A stretch of 64,000 nucleotides of DNA from Eledone cirrhosa (Eukaryota). Shown here piece by piece: positions 40,219 to 50,268 of this stretch (position 1 is the stretch's first letter; each line of letters opens with the position of its first letter). The translations under genes were made by a program, and so were the position numbers. The notes below the pieces were generated by a model. It saw only the letters and a program-made list of their open reading frames with translations. It did not search any database and was not told the DNA's origin. The stretch covers positions 20,832,001 to 20,896,000 of the forward strand of contig OZ024762.1 of NCBI GenBank assembly GCA_964016885.1, in the 5' to 3' direction.

Positions 40219-42546
40219 CAATATATATATTTAACGTCTGCAGTGCTGAGATTGGGTGACCACAAATCAGGAGAGTACTCTATGCACAAGAAGAAGCAGT
40301 AGTTATAGAGAAAGGTAAAAACCCGGCAGTGGTGCTTAATGGGTTTGGTTTGTATTTGGCAAGACTTTTCAAGAATGTACACTCTTGAAAGGGCTTGCTG
40401 AATATGAACTGAAATCTCGAGGCGTTGCGGTCAGGTTTTTACCTTTGTCTATCCACATACATATGTGTGGGTGTATGTATATACAGAGAGAGGGAGAGAG
40501 AGAGTGTGTGTATGTCTTTATTGAATAGATACCTTTTTAGAAAAGATTATTTGAAAATAAAAAAAATCCTTCCAAATAATTTCTATTTAACATTTGATAA
40601 TTATTTTTGTAAGATTTTTTTTTGTTAGTTTTAAATCTAATTTCCTTATTCACATTTCACATTCAATAGTTCTGTTTATAATTTGGGATTTAAACAAAAA
40701 ATATTTGATTTAAATGGTAAATTTAATATATTCCAATTGTTGTTTTTTTTTTTTTTTTAATAAAAAAAATAAGATTTTATATTTTATGGGCCCCTAAAAT
40801 CTGAGAAATGTTGTTCTTTTACTGATTAACCCCTCCCCCTACCCCAGCAAACCTAAACTGTTGAATAATTAATATTATCACGCAGCAGAGAATTATTTCA
40901 AAGGTTATCTATTTCATGTCAATTTAAATTAAATTCATTTAAATCATTTTACATTAAAATATTGAAATATATTAGTTAATTAGATTCGTTAAAGAATTAA
41001 CTAATTAGAGTAGTTAACTAGAGATGTTTGCTGACTAAAGTTTGAACTCTTCCAATCAATGTTATATAAAATCGTTGTCATCATCATTGTCGTCGTTTTT
41101 ATGTCTGATTTTTTTTTTTTCCCCCATGCTTGCATGGGGTGGATGGGTCCTTTCCAGCATAGCATCTTTCCATTTGTCGCGTTCCTTCGTCATCTCCTTC
41201 AAAAGTCTCAGTGATTTGAGATCAGCACTCCTCTGCTCAGGCCTTCATTGGTCTGCCCCTCCTGTGGTTTCCTTCCAATGTGATTTCCTGGTACTTCTTC
41301 ACCCAGCGATCATCAACCATGCGCATCAAATGTCCATACCTATGCAGTCCTCTCTCTTGCACACCACTTCTGATTCCTCTTAACCCTTTGGCATTTACAT
41401 TACTCTATATATACTATTGTATTTTCATATAATTATCCTACATAATATCGAATCTATGAGATTTTGATAGTATTTATGGTAACAGAAGGGTTAAAATCTT
41501 CCAGCATAATTTTATATAAGAGCCCATATTATTTAATTACTTAGTAATTAAATAATTAATAATTTTAGTAAATTCTTTAATATTCTTGATTAATTAACTT
41601 GAAATAAAATATATTTCATTAGAAGGATGGTTAAATGTATTTCACATGCTATGTAAAGAATCTGTTTGAATTTCAATCCTACAAAATTCCAAACATATCT
41701 AACAATTTAAAAACATTTTCACAAATATTAATTTTCTTTTTGTATCTTATCTTCAGAATTACATTTCTAACCTCTGTGTATAACTGGTATCAGGGATATA
41801 GAAATTCAAGCATTTCCATTGCATAATTAGCAGGTACTGAAACAGTCGCTCTAAAGTACCCTCCTGACCTTTTGTTTGCTAGGTTTTCTACAGCTGGATG
41901 CCCTTCCTATAACCAAATACTTTACAGAAGGTATTGGGTATGGTTACAATGTTGGTCACCAACACTAGGGAGGTTGTCATGACTTTGATACAACTGAAGA
42001 GTTCTCCCAACCCTTTATTTGGCTGATTTTCTACAGCTGGCTGCCCTTCCCTATCACCAAATACTTTAGAGTATATTGGGCGTGTTTACCATGCAAGTCA
42101 TCACCATCAGGGACTGTCATATCTCTCTGGTCCTTTAGCAGGTTTTCTACAGCTAGCTACCCTTCCTATCACCCAATACATTACAGAGTGTACTGGGTGC
42201 ATTTACCATGCAGGTCACCAACATCAGTGAAGACTCTTTAGCAAGTTTTCTATGTCTGAATGCCCTTCCTATCAACAATATATTTCTATAAATAAACACC
42301 ATCGGCCACTATTAATGACATTTGGCACACCTAGTGAGGTGCAAATATGGACTATCTTTAAATTTGTTTTGCCATCTCTTTATATAAACATAATTTCCAG
42401 GTGTTTTTGTTTTGTTTTCTCTTCAACCTTTACATAAAAGTTGGCTCTTCCAGATATATTTCATCTTCATCACCTTTTGACATTTCACTGCACCATTTTA
42501 ACATCTAATTGAAGTTCTGCTAACATTTCTGACATTGCCACAGTTC

Positions 42547-42547
<1 letters not shown>

Positions 42548-42587
<40 letters not shown>

Positions 42588-42694
42588 TTGTATATTTATC
42601 TGTCTATATATATTTAAATGTGAGTGTGTGTTTATATATATATATATTTGAATGTTTGTGTGTGTGTTTATATATATATATATATTTGAATGTT

Positions 42695-42725
<31 letters not shown>

Positions 42726-43930
42726 GAATGTTTGTGTGTGTGTATATATATATGTATATATTTGAATGAATGTGTGCGTGTATGTTTGTGTGTGTGTATA
42801 TATATATGTATATATTTGAATGAATGTGTGCGTGTATGTATGTATGTGTATATATATATATGTATATATATATATATGTATATATGTGTATGTATATATA
42901 TGTACATGTGTGTGTATGTATGTATATGTATGTATGCATGTATGTATATATATGTATGTATGCATGTATGTATATATATATGTATGCATGTATGTATATA
43001 TATGTATGCATGTATGTATATATATGTATGCATGTATGTATATATATGTATGCATGTATGTATATATATGTATATATGCATGTATATATATGTATATATG
43101 CATGTATGTATGCATGTATATATATGTATATATGCATGTATGTATGCATATATGTGTATGTATGTATATGTATGTATGCATGTATGTATATGTATGTATG
43201 TATATATATGTATGTATGCATGTATGTATATATATGTATGTATGCATGTATGTATATATATGTATGTATGCATGTATGTATATATATGTATGCATGTATG
43301 TATATATATGTATGCATGTATGTATATATATGTATATATGCATGTATGTATGCATGTATATATATGAATATGTATGCATGTATATATGTATGTATATATA
43401 TATATGAATATGTATGTATGCATGTATATATGTATGTATATATATATGAATATGTATGTATGCATGTATATATGTATATATATATGAATATATATGCATG
43501 TATGTATGCATGTATATATGTATATATATATGAATATATATGCATGTATGTATGCATGTATATATGTATGTGTATATATATGAATATGTATGTATGCATG
43601 TATATATGTATGTGTATATATATGAGTATGTATGCATGTATATATGTATGTGTATATATATGAGTATGTATGTATGCATGTATATATGTATGTGTATATA
43701 TATGAATATGCATGTATATATGTATGTGTATGTATGCATGTATATATGTATGTGTATGTATATGAATATGTATGTATGCATGTATATATGTATGTATATA
43801 TATATGAATATATATGTATGCATGTATATATGTATGTATATATATATGAATATATATGTATGTATGTATGTATAAGTATTTATATATATATACATGTGTA
43901 TGTGTATATGCGTGTGCATGTATCTATATA
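42548..43930. repeat. (TA)n/(TATG)n/(TGCA) compound microsatellite
   Basis: Direct inspection. Confidence 0.97.
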
Positions 43931-44161
43931 TTTAGCGTGCTACAGTAAATATAAATATTTACTTGTGTGCTTTGTCAGAAAATTATGCTAAAATGGTTTA
44001 TATTGATTATGAACAACCACAACTCATTCTTGAAATAATAATAATAATAATATCAATAATGATAATAATAAGAAGAAATACAAATCATACATAAAAGTGT
44101 ATGATTTCTAACATAGCCATAGCTGTAAATGAGATTCTCTCATTGATTTATATACATACAG

Positions 44162-44193
<32 letters not shown>

Positions 44194-44203
<10 letters not shown>

Positions 44204-44478
44204 AGATCAAAAGATGGTTAAAGGAGTTCCATGTATTTTATTATGCGCATTTCAAAAACAAACATCATCATGCAATAATATTTGTGTTTTCATCAGATAA
44301 AACAGGAGAACATGATATGAAGGGTAAAAAACACTTGTGGATAGTGCAGTTTTAAATCAACATATTTAACCATCTTTTGATCTTATATATTATGTATACT
44401 CCAGTCCTACAAACTGTAGAGTGCTTCTTATCCGATATCTGCATTGCTTTATTGTACTACAATAAAACTCACCTCCTA
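44194..44478. mobile_element. Small hammerhead-bearing element (Penelope-like pLTR/retrozyme-type), short-arm copy
   Basis: Nearly identical to the 49334-49729 element but lacks most of the right arm. About 29-bp inverted ends remain (ataatatataagatcaaaagatggttaaa / tttaaccatcttttgatcttatatattat). Confidence 0.7.
44234..44304 (-). ncRNA. Type I minimal hammerhead ribozyme
   Basis: Same sequence as the 49374-49444 copy: UGUUUUAU-CUGAUGA-stem II-GAAA-UGCGCA-UA-AUAAAAUA. Confidence 0.78.
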
Positions 44479-44479
44479 T

Positions 44480-44820
44480 CATTTCATCATCATTTCATTT
44501 TACGTCCGCTTTTCCCTGCTTGCAAGGGTGGGACGGGAACTGATTCTGGCTTGATTTCTACAGCTGGATGCCCTTCCTAACACCAACCTCATTTACAGTG
44601 AGTGCTGGGTGCTTTTTTTGCCGTGGTCCCTACACGACCACTTTGCAGTGGAATGATAAGGACCTCAGTCCCTATCATCTCATTTCTACAGCTGAGTAAA
44701 CTGGAGCAATTTGAAATAAAGTGTCTTGCTCAAGGAAACAACACACCACCCGGTCTGAGAATTGAACTCACAACCTTTCGATTGCAAGGCCAATGCTCTA
44801 ACCACTAAGCCATGTGCCTC
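44480..44820 (-). mobile_element. Family A SINE
   Basis: Reverse complement of 3310-3654. Followed by a ~155-bp pure (TA)n at 44826-44980. Confidence 0.9.
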
Positions 44821-44821
44821 C

Positions 44822-44986
<165 letters not shown>

Positions 44987-45628
44987 TTGGTGGTTCACGA
45001 CTGGATAGAACTGGTCATTCTCTATAGTAGGAAATGCTCTCAACGTTATGCAACTCCTCCATCTTTGATGTTTAATCCTGTTGGTGGACAGGAGGCCGGA
45101 CTGGTGAAATTAATCCCTTCAAATTTTTATATATAGTTTAATGGTTTGTAACTTTATTTTACTATAGGTTCACCAGTTTGAGCACTCCATGTGATCGGAC
45201 CTTGAGCTGATCAATTGTGAAACATGCTTAACATGTGAATAAACAAAATTATATTTTGACACCCTGTTCCTACTCCTAATCATCATCATTATTGTGGTGT
45301 GTATGTATGTATGATATATATATATATATATATAGTAGTAGAACACTGTAGAGCACTCAGTCCATGTGACGAGTTTGGTAGAATTAGTTCCACAACAGTT
45401 AGTTCACCATTACCGAGAACAATTGTCTCACCTTATTCACATCATCAGCTCCGTACAACCTCATTTAAACCGAGCTGATGATCCAAATAAGGTAAAGCAA
45501 TTGTTAACCTTGCTGGGCCCATCCCATCTCCAGGTTTGAATGCAACCATTCTTTTTACAGAGGGAGGGCGAGAGACGGAGAGGAAGTGAGTGTGAAAGAG
45601 AGATGTAGAAAAAGAATTGACTCCACTA

Positions 45629-45852
45629 TTAACCCTTTAGCATTTACATTACTATTATATTTTCATGGTAAAGGCTTTATCTCATATAAATATCTTACAT
45701 AATATGGAATCTATGAGATTTTGATGATGTTGTTATTTATTTTGAGAACAATACCTTAACATCAGTATACGTGGCCGGTTACAGCCAGTTTGAACAGAGG
45801 GAGGTGTGTGTATTCTGGCCAGATATGGCCGGTTTAAATACTAAAGGGTTAA
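45629..45852 (+). mobile_element. piggyBac-type MITE family 1
   Basis: ttaaccctttagcatttac ... taaatactaaagggttaa. Confidence 0.82.
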
Positions 45853-46069
45853 ATTGGTACTTTTATTGACCTCAAAAGGTTGAAAGACAAAGTTGACCTT
45901 GCTTGGTGGGATTGAAACTCAATGCAGACAGCTGGAATGAATGCCACAAAGTCTTCTGTTCAATGTTCTAATGACTCTGCCAATTCTCTGCCTCATTACT
46001 GATAGACGACAGTTGATATTACTGTATATATTCATGTATAAGTCACACCACCATTTTACATTATACCTT

Positions 46070-46410
46070 CTCAAGCACGTCTTCCATCAGGTCCTGTCAG
46101 AAGCAAATGTCTCCCATTGATCTGGCTGGATCCCCAAGCGAGATCAGCCAAGCTCATGGATGTTATCCAACCATCTTGCTTGGGGTCTACCCCTGGGTCT
46201 CTTGTTGGTTGTTTTTTTTTTTTTGCCTGTAAAATCTGTCCAGTGATTCGTTCCCGAGACATTCTAACTCCATGTCTGTAATATCTTAGCCGTGTCCTCT
46301 CAATTCGGAGAAGAAGCAACTCTCTGATCTCCAAGCTACACACTCTATTGAGCAACATTACTCCAAAGACCCTTTGGAGGAACCCTATTTTGGCGACGTG
46401 TATTCTAACC
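46070..46410 (-). mobile_element. Decayed RTE 3' fragment, same family as 7985-8590
   Basis: ORF 46071-46412 (LLLRIERTRLRYYRHGVRMSRERITGQILQA) and nucleotide identity cagccaagctcatggatgttatccaaccatcttgct. Confidence 0.75.
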
Positions 46411-46644
46411 ATGTGTCCATAATATCAGAGCTGTGTTCCCTCATTTTGGAGAAGTAGCAACTCTATTTGCAGCGAGTCTCTAAGCTATGCGATCTTTTAC
46501 ATTATACCACATTTTGAAATTAGATACTGTAGGATCAGTAGAGATGTCACATTTTGACTTTACATATATTTTTGTGGAAGTGTGACAAATGTTTAAGTGT
46601 ATATCTACAGTGTGAGAGATGTGTGTGTGTATATATGTGTGTAT

Positions 46645-47330
46645 GTATGGTAATTTAACCAACATCTATAGTGGGACATATGTGTATATATGGTAATTTA
46701 ACCATCTATAGTGTATATATATATGTGGGTATATGTGTTTGTGTATATGGTAATTTAACCATCTATAGTGTATACATATGTGGGTATATGTGTTTGTGTA
46801 TATGGTAATTTAACCATCTATAGTGTATACATATGTGGGTATATGTGTTTGTGTATATGGTAATTTAACCATCTATAGTGTATATATATGTGGGTACATG
46901 TGTTTGTGTATATGGTAATTTAACCATCTATAGTGTATACATATGTGGGTATATGTGTTTGTGTATATGGTAATTTAACCATCTATAGTGTATATATATG
47001 TGGGTACATGTGTTTGTGTATATGGTAATTTAACCATCTATAGTGTATACATATGTGGGTATATGTGTTTGTGTATATGGTAATTTAACCATCTATAGTG
47101 TATATATATGTGGGTACATGTGTTTGTGTATATGGTAATTTAACCATCTATAGTGTATATATATATGTGGGTATATGTGTTTGTGTATATGGTAATTTAA
47201 CCATCTATAGTGTATATATATATATATATATGTGGGTATATGTGTTTGTGTATATGGTAATTTAACCATCTATAGTGTATATATGTGTGTATATGTGTTT
47301 GTGTATATGGTAATTTAACCAACATCTATA
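46645..47330. repeat. ~55-bp minisatellite, ~12 copies
   Basis: Unit gtatatggtaatttaaccatctatagtgtatacatatgtgggtatatgtgtttgt with a variable internal (TA)n. Confidence 0.95.
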
Positions 47331-47949
47331 TCTGTTGAATTAATAGAGCATCACACATATATGCTTTTATTTCATTTTCTGTTAGTTAAGTGTTTGTGTA
47401 CTTATGTGTTGTTTGTTTGCACGTTCGTGTGTGTTTAAATATGAGCATTTGTTTGTGTGTGTGTATAAATACAAACCAACTGGTATGGAGATGTGATGCA
47501 CATGGATGATGGTCACTAAGGGAGAAATGCCAGGAGATGCCAGTGGAAAAAAGCTGCACTAGAGGAAGACCAATAGACCAAGAAAAACCTGAGCAGAAAT
47601 GGCTAGAGCTGATCTCTAAACTCTGAACCATATAGAGATGATGATGATGAAAGAATGCTACAAGTGATGGGAGGCTATGGTGGAAAGGACCTGTTTAACC
47701 CATGCAAGCATGGAAAAGTGGAAGATGATAAAATAGTGATGATCATGATCATGATTACTCATTTAACTGGCACACACACTACTGTAGTGTGCGTGTCTAG
47801 TTTAGAATAAGAGGTCATTAAAAGTGTTGGTGTCAGGAAGTGCATCCAGCTGTAAAACATTGCCCCAGAAATGACTCCCTCATGCATATGAACCCTGTTA
47901 TAAGGGCTCACAAAACTAGCTCCTGCTTTAGTAGGGAATGTGGCTGTAA

Positions 47950-48534
47950 CCCTTTTGTTACTATACTGCCTGAAATCACTCCTTGTTCTATGATATAAGT
48001 CTCATTACTTTAACCCTTTCCTGACCATATTTCTAATGAAATACACTATTTTAATTAATTAATGAAGACTTTTGGAGGATTTACTAAAATCATTAATCAT
48101 TTGATTACTAAGATAGTAACTTAATGTAAGGTTCTTATATAAAATTATGTTGGAAGATTTTAATTTAAATTGGAAACCTTTAAAATGGCTGGTTTGATTT
48201 CATAGAACCAGAGCTGGTAATTAAAGGGTTAAAATGGATGGTTTTATTTCATAGAACCAGAGCCAGTTTTGCCTGGTTGGTAACTAGAGGGTTAAAATGG
48301 ATGGTTTGATTTCAAAGAACCAGGGCCAGGTTGGTAACTAAAGGGTTAAGCTGTTTATATTTATCTGAAAACCCTCCATCACAATTATATTTAAGAACCT
48401 TTTTTAAGATATTTTCCAAACACCAGTTTAATTATGAGAACATTAATTTACTAAATTCTCTGAATTATTGATTCTTTTCAAAATAAATTGAAACAAATAC
48501 ACTGTCTTTCATTAGGAATACAGTAACAAGAGGG
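47950..48534. mobile_element. piggyBac-type MITE family 2 with nested relative at 48014-48345
   Basis: Outer cccttttgttact...agtaacaagaggg. The inner copy is flanked by TTAA at 48010-13 and 48346-49 and has a triplicated right end. Related pieces at ~7700-7865, 26800-27036, 31980-32125 and 41490-41634. Confidence 0.65.
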
Positions 48535-48812
48535 TTTAAAAAAAAACTTTTAATATTCGTCGAATTGTAAATATTTTCCGCAATTTTTTTATGCCTTTTT
48601 TCGTGGCAATAAATATTCTTCACACTTTTTAATGCTAAATTATTAATAACTGTATTTGCCGGCCTATATTTTATGTTATGTTTTGAAGTTTATAACCATT
48701 TTTATGGACCACATCCAATATTCGCGGTTTTTCACTCTTCGCAAGTGCTCTTGGAATGTACCCCTTACTAATACCATGGGACAACTGTGTGTATATATGT
48801 ATATATATATAT

Positions 48813-49310
48813 ATCATCATCATCGTTTAACGTCTATCTGCCACGCTAGCATGGGTTTAGACAGGAATTGTCCCACTTGAAGCAAGATTGGTTGTCTCGC
48901 TCATAGAGGACTGTCTGGCGGGTTTTCTACGGCTGGATGCCCTTCCTAACACCAACCACGTTTACAGTGTGGACTGTGTTTTTTTTTTTTTTTTGTCGTG
49001 ACACCTACACAACCTCATTTATTTAGGACTGGATGTTGTATATATCATCATCATCGTTTAACGTCCATCTTCCACGCTAGCATGGGTTTAGACGGGAATT
49101 GTTCCCCTTGAGGCGAGATTGGTCGTCTCGCTCGTATAGGACTGCCTGGCAGGTTTTCTACGGCTGGATACCCTTCCTAACACCAACCACATTTACAGTG
49201 TGGACTGGGAGGTTTTTACCATGTTACTACACGGCCACATTACAGCGTGGACTGTGTGTTTTTTTTGTCGTGACACCTACATGACCGCATTTATTTAGGA
49301 CTGGATGTTT
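48813..49310 (-). mobile_element. Two tandem RTE 3' UTR fragments
   Basis: Each begins (CAT)n-cgtttaacgtc and matches the reverse complement of 54310-54570. Confidence 0.85.
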
Positions 49311-49373
49311 TATATATATATATATATATACATATAATATATAAGATCAAAAGATGGTTAAAGGAGTTCCATG

Positions 49374-49444
49374 TATTTTATTATGCGCATTTCAAAAACA
49401 AACATCATCATGCAATAATATTTGTGTTTTCATCAGATAAAACA
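49374..49444 (-). ncRNA. Type I minimal hammerhead ribozyme (left arm)
   Basis: Exact reverse complement of 49534-49604. Confidence 0.78.
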
Positions 49445-49533
49445 GGAGAACATGATACGAAGGCTAAAAAACACTTGTGGATAGTGCAGTTTTAAATCCA
49501 CAAGTGTTTTTTAGCCTTCATATCATGTTCTCC

Positions 49534-49604
49534 TGTTTTATCTGATGAAAACACAAATATTATTGCATGATGATGTTTGTTTTTGAAATGCGCATAATAA
49601 AATA
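49534..49604 (+). ncRNA. Type I minimal hammerhead ribozyme (right arm)
   Basis: Stem I UGUUUUAU/AUAAAAUA (8 bp). Core CUGAUGA at 49542-48. Stem II 49549-84 has 16 positions with one mismatch and a GCAU loop. GAAA at 49585-88. Palindromic stem III AUGCGCAU. AUA triplet, with predicted cleavage after 49596. Confidence 0.8.
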
Positions 49605-50125
49605 CATGGAACTCCTTTAACCATCTTTTGATCTTATATATTATGTATACTCCAGTCCTACAAACTGTAGAGTGCTTCTTATCCGATATCTGCATTGCTT
49701 TATTGTACTACAATAAAACTCACCTCCTACATATATACATATATATATATATATATTAGGTTGTTCAGTTATATAATATGTAGGTTCCTTGAGTTGTGTT
49801 GGGGGGAGGGGTAACCACAATTAAAAGAGGTACTCAGTACATTGGTAGAGTATAGGCATCTTTATTATATATAGAAATGACTTCTACAGGACTAGAACTG
49901 TTTCATTTGTATGTGTGTGTATTGATATATATATTTGTGTGAGTATGATAATTTTCCCTGCTATGGTGTATAATTATGTGTGTATATGTCTGTGTATATA
50001 TGAGTGCACATGTGTACATAGACACGAAAGTGAAAGAGGCTGTTAGAATGATTGTTTCATCTGTAATATAACATCCAATTGTCGTAGTTCAACTAATTAT
50101 CTACATTTTAATATCAAAAGGGAAT

Positions 50126-50167
<42 letters not shown>

Positions 50168-50268
50168 TTCACGGCTCAGAAATGCTTCTTTCTTTGAGCT
50201 AATTAATTGTAACGGACTGTTTGAGTTTATAACTCTAAATATTATATAATATATATATATATATATAT

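Larger units (their letters stand above)
49334..49729. mobile_element. Palindromic hammerhead-bearing element (Penelope-like pLTR/retrozyme-type)
   Basis: Arms 49334-49482 and 49496-49644 with one mismatch and a 13-nt spacer, plus an ~85-bp unique tail shared with the 44.2-kb copy. (TA)n on both sides. Confidence 0.75.

Noticed and set aside
45185-45245. Hammerhead-like GAAACATG...CATGT hairpin
   Set aside because: No CUGANGA in register, no UH triplet and no stem I.
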